A DNA stretch of 63,425 nt, filler included, from Candidatus Woesearchaeota archaeon (lineage in GTDB: Archaea > Nanobdellota > Nanobdellia > Woesearchaeales > CG1-02-33-12): the NCBI GenBank assembly GCA_018399355.1. It is 4 parts of 4 records of this genome, joined end to end, with 100 filler letters (N's around TTAATTAATTAA, not from the genome) between each part and the next. Parts side by side here need not be neighbours in the genome. Positions count along the whole stretch, not along the records: positions 1 to 19,633 come from JAGYOA010000015.1; 3 more parts are not named here. The stretch is one strand, 5' to 3'. The notes below the pieces were generated by a model. The model ran no database searches. It had not been told where the DNA came from and saw only the letters and a list, made by a program, of their open reading frames with translations. This document shows, in pieces, positions 1-8,219 of this stretch (the first letter of the stretch is position 1; each line of letters opens with the position of its first letter). Made by a program: the position numbers and the translations under genes.

Positions 1-435
1 AAGATTAAGGAAATATTGAAACTAATAAAAAAACAGTGGAATGCTGATTTTAATATAGATTTGGTTTTTCTTATGAACGAAAAAGGAAAGATATTTCTTG
101 TTAATAAAGAGGTTTTTAATCTTCCTTTAGATAAATATAAGGTTAATTCAATAGGGCTTTATTTTGGGGAGATTAAGAACAACGAGATAAGGCTGAGCAT
201 AGAGGGTTCTCAATTAATGGGATATAAAGCAAAAACTAATGTTGCTGAACTCAATAAAAAACAAGCAATGAACTGGCTGAAAGGCCAGGATATAAACTTA
301 AAGCAGGATTATAAGGGTTTTGTGATATTAAAACACGAAAATGATTTTTTGGGCACAGGAAAGTATAAAGATGGAAAAGTGCTTAATTATGTTCCAAAGG
401 CCCGCCGATTCAAATATGACCTTGAAACAGAATAA
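1..435 (+). CDS. RsmF/Nol1-Nop2-Fmu C-terminal PUA-like RNA-binding protein (5' truncated by window edge)
   Basis: Frame is open from base 1; motifs RLSIEGSQL, WLKGQDI, GFVILKHENDFLGTGK and LNYVPKARR are typical of the RsmF PUA-like domain. Confidence 0.7.
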   Translation, partial: KIKEILKLIKKQWNADFNIDLVFLMNEKGKIFLVNKEVFNLPLDKYKVNSIGLYFGEIKNNEIRLSIEGSQLMGYKAKTNVAELNKKQAMNWLKGQDINLKQDYKGFVILKHENDFLGTGKYKDGKVLNYVPKARRFKYDLETE

Positions 436-498
436 TAATGCTACTTATAAGTAGTAAAAATAGAAACATTTATAAACAGAAAAAACAATTTAGTATAT

Positions 499-1983
499 AT
501 GGGCATAAATAATAAAAAATTCAGGAAAAAGACACCGGATGAGATAATCCGAGATACCATACTTGAATCAGAGGAAAATGTTGAAAAAAATATCAACATC
601 AATCTAGGAAGATCTTTTGAAAATATTAATAAAGACATAGAATCTATTATAAAAGAAGTTTACAAGAAAACATTTAATGTAGTTTCAAGTACTGATAATA
701 AGTCTGTGCATATAGAAAACAAAACAAAACAAAAGATAAAATATGAAATAGATAAATTACCAATAAAAGAAAGAATAAATAAAATTAAGAAAGAATATGA
801 AGTAATATCCTTATACAACAAAAGAAATTTTCTTAATTTTGTTGATAATGTAGTTCATCCTGTTGTATACAATCAGATAAAAAATCTTCATAGTCCATAT
901 ATAAAAAGTTCTTTTAATATAATCTACTACAAATATGGACTAAAACAAGAGACAATCAAATTACCTATTGATAAAAAAAGAAAAGAAGAAATGAATAGGC
1001 TTATAGACTCAAAATTTACCTTAAATGAAATTCTGAGAAAAGAAGGAGTATTTGAAAAATTTAAAGGACTTACTCTTGAAGAAGTAAGAGAAAGTTTTGA
1101 CATTGATGTTGAACAGTCTTACATTCATGAAGAGGTTCTCTACAAAAAAGGTTTTTCAATAGAAGAAAAGGATATTAATAGCAAGCCAAGAAAAGGCCCA
1201 CCTTTTATTGATTCAATAGATGGAAGAGTTAAAATTTTAAAAAGACTAAGCAAAAAGATTGTTGACTCAATAATTGGAATAGATCCACTTCCTCTTGACA
1301 TATACAAGAAACTTTTTTACAGTTTTACTGATAAAAAATATCATAAATACCCTCAAAAAATGAATGAAAAACGTTATAATAAATGCGTACAAAAAATACA
1401 CCAGCACCTTTGCGATGTTAAGATAAATAATAAAGTTTCTTTGATAGATGAAAGAATTCCAGGGTGTATAGATGATATGATTGGAATTAACAGGAAGGAA
1501 GATTACGTTAACCAAAAAACAGGGGAGGTAGTTAAAGGGCATAAGGTTTATGGTTTTTCAAAATCAAACCTAGGAAGTGATTTGCATGGAGTTAGAGTTG
1601 TTTTCAAAGATGCAGATTCAATAGACAAGTTTCTTAGGGAATTAGGAAGCTATTTCGAACAGGATCATACAAAATATTTTACACATAACAAAGAAAGAGA
1701 AGAAAATAAAGAAGGAAATGGGTTTGTTGATATAAAAGACTACAGAAAGAACAAAAAGGCAAATAATTATGGCGGAGTACATGCTAAGCTTAGATATCTT
1801 AATACAATGATTGAGTTTCAGTTGAGAACAAAGGCCGACAATGAAATAGCAGAGAACGGAGATGCAGACCACAAGAAATACAAATTTTTTCAATCTCTTA
1901 GAAGAGATATCAGGCTTTACAAAAATCCTGTTGACCAAGGGCTTTTTTACGCCATAGACTATCTTTTTGATGGATTAAGGTAA
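499..1983 (+). CDS. RelA/SpoT-family (p)ppGpp synthetase-domain protein with long N-terminal extension
   Basis: SYNTH motifs in order: DGRVK..K, DLHGVRVV, DIKDY..NKKANNYGGVH, IEFQLRT, EIAENGDADHKKYK; no HD hydrolase domain seen. Confidence 0.75.
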   Translation: MGINNKKFRKKTPDEIIRDTILESEENVEKNININLGRSFENINKDIESIIKEVYKKTFNVVSSTDNKSVHIENKTKQKIKYEIDKLPIKERINKIKKEYEVISLYNKRNFLNFVDNVVHPVVYNQIKNLHSPYIKSSFNIIYYKYGLKQETIKLPIDKKRKEEMNRLIDSKFTLNEILRKEGVFEKFKGLTLEEVRESFDIDVEQSYIHEEVLYKKGFSIEEKDINSKPRKGPPFIDSIDGRVKILKRLSKKIVDSIIGIDPLPLDIYKKLFYSFTDKKYHKYPQKMNEKRYNKCVQKIHQHLCDVKINNKVSLIDERIPGCIDDMIGINRKEDYVNQKTGEVVKGHKVYGFSKSNLGSDLHGVRVVFKDADSIDKFLRELGSYFEQDHTKYFTHNKEREENKEGNGFVDIKDYRKNKKANNYGGVHAKLRYLNTMIEFQLRTKADNEIAENGDADHKKYKFFQSLRRDIRLYKNPVDQGLFYAIDYLFDGLR

Positions 1984-1994
1984 AAGAAATAAAA

Positions 1995-2225
1995 TTAAAT
2001 TATATCTTCTATTGGCCTTTTCTGCTTTTTAGCTGGCTGGCCTGACTGATTATTAGCCTGCTTTGTTAAATCAACGCCAAGCTCCTGAAGGGATTTGATG
2101 TGCATCTGCATAAGCTGCTCAACAATATTAAGAATCTTTGACATCTCTTCCCTCTCTTTTGCCAGAGTTGTTAAAGATCCTTTGTGAAAACCAACCATCT
2201 CATCCTTATTTGCTTTTTTTGCCAT
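1995..2225 (-). CDS. small hypothetical coiled-coil protein
   Basis: Clean ORF with upstream AGGTGA ribosome-binding site; fills the gap between neighbouring genes. Confidence 0.7.
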   Translation of the reverse strand: MAKKANKDEMVGFHKGSLTTLAKEREEMSKILNIVEQLMQMHIKSLQELGVDLTKQANNQSGQPAKKQKRPIEDII

Positions 2226-2326
2226 AACCATCACCTTAAAATATAGGTTTTACTGCTAGTATTTATTACTTTTGAAATTTAATATAAAAACACAGATTTT
2301 TAAACTATAAAATATCCTGAAATGTA

Positions 2327-3184
2327 ATGGAAAAACTTGCAAGCAATAAAGAATGGATTGAATACATCAAAAAGATTCAAGAAGGAAAAACCTTAATTAA
2401 AAGAGAGGACTGCACAAATACCTTGCAAGAAAGCATTACAAATTCAATAAAGAAAAAAACAAATAAAATAAAAAAATTTGGGATTCTGTTTTCAGGAGGA
2501 ATTGACTCTTCATTAATTGCGTTGATATGCAAGGAATTAAAGCTTAATTTTTGCTGTTATACTATCGGACTAGAAAATTCAAAAGACCTTGAATATGCAA
2601 AAAAAACTGCAGAGTCATTAAAAATTAAACTTAAAACAAAAACAATAACCATAAATGAATTTGAAAACAATCTGAAAAAAACAATTAAGATAACTGGAAA
2701 AAAAGATATTGTGGATGCAGGAGTTGGATGCGTTGTTTATTCTGCAATTGAGCTTGCAAAAAAAGACAAAATAAAACATATTCTAACAGGAATGGGAGCT
2801 GATGAGCTTTTTGCAGGATATGCAAGGTTTGAAAAATCCAAAGGTATAAACAAGGAATGTATTTCAAGCACTAAAAACATTTACAAAGATATAGAAAGGG
2901 ATTTCCTTATAGCTGAACACCTTAATACAAGGCTTATTACTCCTTTTCTTGATGAAGAATTAATGAAATTGGCATTTGGAATTCCTGCTGAATGCAAGAT
3001 AAAAAACAACATAAGAAAGTATATTCTAAGGCAAATAGCTCTTAAACTGGGCCTAAAAAAAGAGTTTGCATTAAGAAAAAAAACAGCTGCGCAATACGGC
3101 TCAAATTTCAACAAGGCAATTGCAAAGCTTGCAAAAAAAAATAATTTTAAGTACAAAAAAGATTATCTGGAAAGCCTACCTTAA
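2327..3184 (+). CDS. asparagine synthase C-terminal (PP-loop) domain protein lacking a glutaminase domain
   Basis: LFSGGIDSSLIA PP-loop, LTGMGADELFAGY, TPFLD and KYILR..A..R.K.AAQYGS motifs. Confidence 0.8.
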   Translation: MEKLASNKEWIEYIKKIQEGKTLIKREDCTNTLQESITNSIKKKTNKIKKFGILFSGGIDSSLIALICKELKLNFCCYTIGLENSKDLEYAKKTAESLKIKLKTKTITINEFENNLKKTIKITGKKDIVDAGVGCVVYSAIELAKKDKIKHILTGMGADELFAGYARFEKSKGINKECISSTKNIYKDIERDFLIAEHLNTRLITPFLDEELMKLAFGIPAECKIKNNIRKYILRQIALKLGLKKEFALRKKTAAQYGSNFNKAIAKLAKKNNFKYKKDYLESLP

Positions 3185-4303
3185 ATGTATTTCAAGTATA
3201 TCTTCATCAATCAGCTTATGCTTTAGTTTCAGCCTTTGGCCGCCGAACTTTGCTGATTTACCCCATACTCTGGCAAACTTAAACTTGGTGACAAAATCAC
3301 GGTGAAGCTTGTTGCATACATCTTCTATTGTGCAATCTCTAGTCATTATTAAGGGCACTTCAAGGTCAGGCTTTTTTCCAGCCTCTTTCAAAAATATTCT
3401 TATCAAATCAAGTCCCTTGTATATTTTCTCTTTTAAATTAATTATATTAGAAGGATTGTTTGCGCATATGAACAAAGCATCAGGAAATTTTTCTTTTGCA
3501 TAAGCTATCTGCTCAGGAGTTGCAAGGTCAATCTTGTTTACAACTATAACTGAGTTTGCATATTTTTTATTGTCTTCTATACAATCAATTAACTGGTCTG
3601 CGTTTATTTTTGTTCTGATGAGAACATTTGCATTTGATATGGAAAATTCTTTTAAAATCAATTTAATTGTCTCGTCATCTAAATCAGGCAGGTGAACTGT
3701 TTTTCCTATGCTTATTCCTCCTCTTGGCTTCTTTTTTATTTTTACATCAGGCTTTTTTTGATTTAATCTTATGCCTGTTTCATAAACTTCCTTTATCAAA
3801 GCATCATACTCACCAAGCCTGTTTATGTCAAGAAGAATCAAAACAAGGTCACAGCTTCTCATAACAGCAAGAACTTCCTTACCCCTTCCCCTTCCTGATG
3901 CAGCGCCTGAAACAACCCCAGGAACATCCAAAATCTGTATTTTTGCGTGCTTGTGTTCCATTGTTCCGGGAATTACAGAAAGCGTTGTGAAGTCATACGC
4001 TCCTATTGGGGATTCTGCGTTTGTAAGCTTGTTAAGTAAGGTAGATTTTCCAACAGAAGGAAATCCTAAAAGTATTACAGTTCCGTCTCCTGTTTTTCTG
4101 ACATCATAGCCAGTTGTTTTTCCTGATGATTTTCCCCTTGCTTCCTGTTTTTTCTTTAAATTTGCTATCTTTGCTTTTACTAATCCTATGTGGTGCTGCG
4201 TTCTCTTGTTGTATTTTGTCTTTGAAAGCTCATCCTCAAGCTCCTTTATTTTATCCCAATTAGTTTTCTTCTTCTGATCTTCATCTGGTTTTTTTGCCGC
4301 CAT
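3176..4303 (-). CDS. DRG/OBG-family GTPase with C-terminal TGS domain
   Basis: GFPSVGKST, YDFTT, DVPG and NKID motifs; GAASGRGRG; ARVWGKSAKF TGS region. Confidence 0.95.
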   Translation of the reverse strand: MAAKKPDEDQKKKTNWDKIKELEDELSKTKYNKRTQHHIGLVKAKIANLKKKQEARGKSSGKTTGYDVRKTGDGTVILLGFPSVGKSTLLNKLTNAESPIGAYDFTTLSVIPGTMEHKHAKIQILDVPGVVSGAASGRGRGKEVLAVMRSCDLVLILLDINRLGEYDALIKEVYETGIRLNQKKPDVKIKKKPRGGISIGKTVHLPDLDDETIKLILKEFSISNANVLIRTKINADQLIDCIEDNKKYANSVIVVNKIDLATPEQIAYAKEKFPDALFICANNPSNIINLKEKIYKGLDLIRIFLKEAGKKPDLEVPLIMTRDCTIEDVCNKLHRDFVTKFKFARVWGKSAKFGGQRLKLKHKLIDEDILEIHLR

Positions 4304-4383
4304 ATCTATTTAAAACAAACATCTATTTATAATATTTTCTAACAAAACCAAAAATATAAATATGAGCATAAATTTTAAATTAA

Positions 4384-6102
4384 ATGCCGCGATTTATTGT
4401 TGTTTCAGGTGGAGTTATTTCTGGTGTAGGCAAAGGAGTCACTGTTTCATCAATAGCAAAAATTCTTCAAGAGTATGGATTTAGTGTTACAGCCATAAAA
4501 ATAGACCCTTACATAAACTATGATGCAGGAACATTAAGGCCAACCGAACACGGCGAAGTATGGGTTACCTATGACGGCGGAGAGATTGACCAGGACCTTG
4601 GAAATTATGAGCGTTTTCTTAATATAGATATACCAAAAAAGAACAATATAACAACAGGACAGGTTTATAAAAAAGTCATAGATGATGAGAGAGCAGGAAA
4701 ATATCTTGGGAAAACAGTGCAGTTCATCCCCCATATACCTGATGAGATAAAAAAGAGGATAAAAGATGCATCAGACGGCTATGATTTCTGCATAATTGAA
4801 ATAGGGGGGACAATAGGAGATTATGAAAACATTCCCTTTCTTTTTGCTGTTAAAAGTCTTGAAAGGGAAATAGGGAAGGAAAATATAATATATATACTTA
4901 TAACATACCTTCCTGTTCCCTCACATATAGAGGAAATGAAAACAAAGCCGACGCAGCAGGCAATAAGAATGCTCGGTGAAAACGGAATTTTTGCTGATTT
5001 TATAATATGCAGGGCAAAAAAAGAAATGGACAAGGTAAGAAAGGAAAAAATAGAAAGGTACGCAAACATAAAATCAGACCATGTTGTTTCTGAGCCTGAT
5101 ATTGACACAATATACAGAATACCTCTTGATCTTGAGAAAGATAAGCTTGGATTAAAAATATTGAATGAATTCAAGGTTATTCCAAAAAAGAATCCTAACT
5201 GGATTGAATGGGAAAAACTTGTTGATAACATTGCAAATAATGGAAAAAAAATAACAATTGCAATGGTCTGCAAATACATTGATATAGGGGAGTATGAGCT
5301 AAAGGACTCATATGTTTCTGTTAACCAGGCAATCCAACATGCATGCGCAAACCTTGGAGTTAGTGCAGAGATAAAATGGATAGACTCAAAAAAATTTGAG
5401 CAGGATGAAAGCAGGTTAAATGAATTAAAGAATTACAATGGCATAATAGTGCCGGGTGGTTTCGGGTCTTCAGGTGTTGAGGGAAAAATAAAGGCAATAG
5501 AATTTGCAAGGAAAAACAACATACCCTTTTTGGGATTGTGCTACGGAATGCAGCTTGCGATTGTTGAGTTTGCAAGAAATGTTTGCAATATGAAAGATGC
5601 AAATACCACAGAGGTTGATGAAAAAACAAAATATCCTGTAATAAATATATTAGAATCGCAAAAAGAGTTCATAAATGACAAAAAATACGGCGGAACAATG
5701 AGACTAGGGGCTTATGCTGCTGTTCTTGATGAAAAATCAAAAGTTTTTAGCTTGTATGAACAGTCAGGAAGATTAAATGAGGATTCAGATAGAATAGATA
5801 AAATAAAAAAACAGAAAGAACAGCTCTTCAGGATTGGAATTGCAGATGAAAATAAAAAGATTATAATTGAAAGACATAGGCATAGATATGAAGTTAATCC
5901 TGATTTTACAAAACAAATTCAAGATAAAGGACTTTTGTTTTCAGGATACCATTTAAGGGCTGATAAAACAAAGCTTATGGAATTTATAGAGCTGCCTAAA
6001 CATAAATTTTTTGTGGCAACACAATCACATCCAGAGTTTAATTCTTCTTTGAATAAGCCCTCTCCTTTGTTTTATGGGTTTATTAAATCCTGTATTAAAT
6101 AA
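4384..6102 (+). CDS. pyrG: CTP synthase
   Basis: SGGVISGVGKG, KIDPYINYDAGT, EHGEVWVT, GLCYGMQ, ERHRHRYE and QSHPEF motifs. Confidence 0.98.
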   Translation: MPRFIVVSGGVISGVGKGVTVSSIAKILQEYGFSVTAIKIDPYINYDAGTLRPTEHGEVWVTYDGGEIDQDLGNYERFLNIDIPKKNNITTGQVYKKVIDDERAGKYLGKTVQFIPHIPDEIKKRIKDASDGYDFCIIEIGGTIGDYENIPFLFAVKSLEREIGKENIIYILITYLPVPSHIEEMKTKPTQQAIRMLGENGIFADFIICRAKKEMDKVRKEKIERYANIKSDHVVSEPDIDTIYRIPLDLEKDKLGLKILNEFKVIPKKNPNWIEWEKLVDNIANNGKKITIAMVCKYIDIGEYELKDSYVSVNQAIQHACANLGVSAEIKWIDSKKFEQDESRLNELKNYNGIIVPGGFGSSGVEGKIKAIEFARKNNIPFLGLCYGMQLAIVEFARNVCNMKDANTTEVDEKTKYPVINILESQKEFINDKKYGGTMRLGAYAAVLDEKSKVFSLYEQSGRLNEDSDRIDKIKKQKEQLFRIGIADENKKIIIERHRHRYEVNPDFTKQIQDKGLLFSGYHLRADKTKLMEFIELPKHKFFVATQSHPEFNSSLNKPSPLFYGFIKSCIK

Positions 6103-6144
6103 AAAACACAAGATTTTTAAATAAAATAGCAACTTTTTACTGTT

Positions 6145-6738
6145 ATGGACGCATTTAACAGTTCTTATATCTTAAAAAACTCAATAAATTTGCTGCCCGA
6201 GCTAATCTCTGGCCTTTTTACAAGAATGGTTGTTGCAGTGATTATTCTTCTTATAGGATTTGTTGTAGGCAAAATTTTAGGAAAGGTTGTAAAGAACCTT
6301 CTTCACAGTATAGAGTTCAATAAAATAATAAAAAGAGCAACAGGTATAAACATCTCGCTTGAACAGGGAATATCTTTTTTTGTCAGTTATTTTATTTATT
6401 TTCTTTTTATAGTTATGGCCTTAAACCAGTTAGGGCTTACAACTGTTGTGCTGCACATGATTTCAGGGGCTATATTGATAATAATCATAATTTCAATATT
6501 CCTTTCAATAAAAGACTTTATGCCTAATATGTTTTCAGGTATTTTTATACATAAAAAGAAATTTATAAATGTAGGGGATACAATAAATGTTGATAACACA
6601 GAAGGAAAGGTTGTTTACATAAATCTTGTTGAAACAAAAATAGAAACAAAAAGAGGAGATATAATCTATCTTCCAAATTCGCTTTTAACAAAAAACAAGG
6701 TTACCAAAATAACCAAAAGAAAATCTAAATCTGAATAG
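6145..6738 (+). CDS. small-conductance mechanosensitive channel (MscS family)
   Basis: Three hydrophobic helices followed by NMFSGIFI...INVGDTINV...GKV...T.IET..G..IYLPNS. Confidence 0.85.
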   Translation: MDAFNSSYILKNSINLLPELISGLFTRMVVAVIILLIGFVVGKILGKVVKNLLHSIEFNKIIKRATGINISLEQGISFFVSYFIYFLFIVMALNQLGLTTVVLHMISGAILIIIIISIFLSIKDFMPNMFSGIFIHKKKFINVGDTINVDNTEGKVVYINLVETKIETKRGDIIYLPNSLLTKNKVTKITKRKSKSE

Positions 6739-6976
6739 ACTCAAGCATAGAAACTATATTCCATATCTGGGTTCTTGTATACGACTGCATATTAGTGTCA
6801 TCAGATATCTCATCTAACTCGTTTAAAGCCTTATTAAGCCTTATTGAAAGCTCAGAATCATCATCAAGAATTGATATTATGTTTGTTATTTTTGTTTTTA
6901 TGTTTTTTGGCACAGAAACATCATCATTCAGCTCTGAAAGGGCATCAATTATCTGTTTTATTTTTTCTTCTGTCAT
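6725..6976 (-). CDS. UPF0147 family protein
   Basis: DDVSVPKNIK and LDEISDDTNMQSYTRTQIWNIVSMLE signature. Confidence 0.85.
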   Translation of the reverse strand: MTEEKIKQIIDALSELNDDVSVPKNIKTKITNIISILDDDSELSIRLNKALNELDEISDDTNMQSYTRTQIWNIVSMLESIQI

Positions 6977-6977
6977 C

Positions 6978-7310
6978 TTACTGCTCTTTTATTTCATCCA
7001 GAACTTGTTTTTGCATGTCTTCAGCTCTTTCCCTGAGCTTTTGCTCCTGCTTTTCAAGGGTCTTTATCCTGAGTTCTGCTGTTTCTTTTTTTGATGTAAG
7101 CTCTTTTTCAAGCTCTTCATTATCTGATAAAACCATTATATTACCTATAATTTTATAAGCTTCTTTAGAGTTTTTTAGCTCTTTTAATGCAGAATCAATT
7201 TCAGCTAGCTGCGACTGGAAGTTTTGCCTTTGTATTAAGAACTGCTGCATGCTCTGTTCCATCAGCTGGAGCTGCTGAATTTTTTGCTGTGTTTCTTTTG
7301 AGACACTCAT
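6978..7310 (-). CDS. pfdB: prefoldin subunit beta
   Basis: Q-rich coiled coil with central AYKIIGNIMV hairpin; conserved position after pcc1. Confidence 0.92.
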   Translation of the reverse strand: MSVSKETQQKIQQLQLMEQSMQQFLIQRQNFQSQLAEIDSALKELKNSKEAYKIIGNIMVLSDNEELEKELTSKKETAELRIKTLEKQEQKLRERAEDMQKQVLDEIKEQ

Positions 7311-7543
7311 TTTTTGTTTATGCTGTCTATTTTTTCATAGACAGTGAAAAGTTTTGTTATTGAATTAAGGGTTGCCCTTAAAGCAACTGAGTCCTGAGCA
7401 TTTATATGAAATTCAACACAGTCTTTTAATTTTTTTATGGTATATCCAGACCTTTCAGTTTTTAAATTTTTTGCTTCAGTTTGAAATGCCTTGAAAATAA
7501 TATCAGGGTTTTCTTTAACCTTTATTACAGCTGAATAGCTCAT
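7307..7543 (-). CDS. pcc1: KEOPS complex subunit Pcc1
   Basis: INAQDSVALRATLNS motif; conserved L37ae-rpoP-pcc1-pfdB order. Confidence 0.85.
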   Translation of the reverse strand: MSYSAVIKVKENPDIIFKAFQTEAKNLKTERSGYTIKKLKDCVEFHINAQDSVALRATLNSITKLFTVYEKIDSINKK

Positions 7544-7677
7544 CTGGCCTTTACCTTTGTTGGAGCTACGCGGGGTTTGAAAAGTATTTTAGAGCCACAG
7601 TAAGGGCACCTTATCTTTTTCCTTAGATAATCTATTGATACCTTTTTATTGCAGCTAAAGCATCTGTACTCTACCAT
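7540..7677 (-). CDS. rpoP: DNA-directed RNA polymerase subunit P (Rpo12); not in the ORF track
   Basis: Manual translation MVEYRCFSCNKKVSIDYLRKKIRCPYCGSKILFKPRVAPTKVKAR (45 aa, zinc ribbon); lies directly after L37ae. Confidence 0.95.
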   Translation of the reverse strand: MVEYRCFSCNKKVSIDYLRKKIRCPYCGSKILFKPRVAPTKVKAR

Positions 7678-7926
7678 TTAAAGCGCCTCCTCCTTTTTTT
7701 CTTCTTTCTTTGACAATGTGTACGCTTTTCCAGTAAATTTAGAATTGCACTTTTTGCAGTACCATATGCCCACTGAAACCCTCTTGACAGTCGGGCTGTT
7801 GCAGTAAGGGCACTTATGCTTTTTTCTCTGCTCTTTTTCTATTTTAGCCAGCTTAAGCTTGACTGTTCTTCCATACCTTGGGCCAAAGCGTTTTATAGAG
7901 CCTAGTTCTTTTTTGATTTTTGCCAT
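7678..7926 (-). CDS. rpl37ae: 50S ribosomal protein L37ae (eL43)
   Basis: RFGPRYG, CPYC...VKRVSVGIWYCKKC...FTGKAY. Confidence 0.97.
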   Translation of the reverse strand: MAKIKKELGSIKRFGPRYGRTVKLKLAKIEKEQRKKHKCPYCNSPTVKRVSVGIWYCKKCNSKFTGKAYTLSKKEEKKEEAL

Positions 7927-7942
7927 TTTTCGTTACCATAAA

Positions 7943-8123
7943 TGGGGCTGCCCGGACTTTCATAACCTTTGCGAGCTTCAGCGAGCCCGGTGGGCTTGAA
8001 TTTTAATTCAATGCCCGCCCTGCGTGCCAGCTTAGCAAGAAGCTGTTTGAACCGGGGTCGTCTGGTTTTCTGTTTTTTTAAAACCCAAACCAGAAAGGAT
8101 AAACCAAGCTACCCTACAGCCCC
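7943..8123 (-). tRNA. tRNA-Pro(UGG) with two introns: canonical 37/38 (8067-8083, 17 nt) and T-loop 59/60 (7957-8045, 89 nt)
   Basis: Acceptor stem GGGGCTG/CAGCCCC-A, D-loop AGCTTGGTTTA, anticodon stem TCTGG/CCAGA with TGG at 8085-8087, T stem CCCGG/CCGGG. Removing both inserts gives a 75-nt cloverleaf, and both junctions fold as BHB/BHL motifs. Confidence 0.9.
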
Positions 8124-8219
8124 AACTAACAAACAGAGGAAAAATGGACCATATTTAAATCTTTTGTTTTAAAAGCCTCCAAGCAAACTTTTATAAATAG
8201 TATATGGTTTCTTTTGAAC

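Noticed and set aside
7957..8045. tRNA T-loop intron as a C/D-box guide RNA or homing-endonuclease carrier
   Set aside because: Too short for an ORF; it has a CTGA but no convincing box C/D pair, and the sequence is explained by one hairpin
7969..8172. 67-aa plus-strand ORF from the track
   Set aside because: It lies antisense to the intron-containing tRNA-Pro and has no coding features
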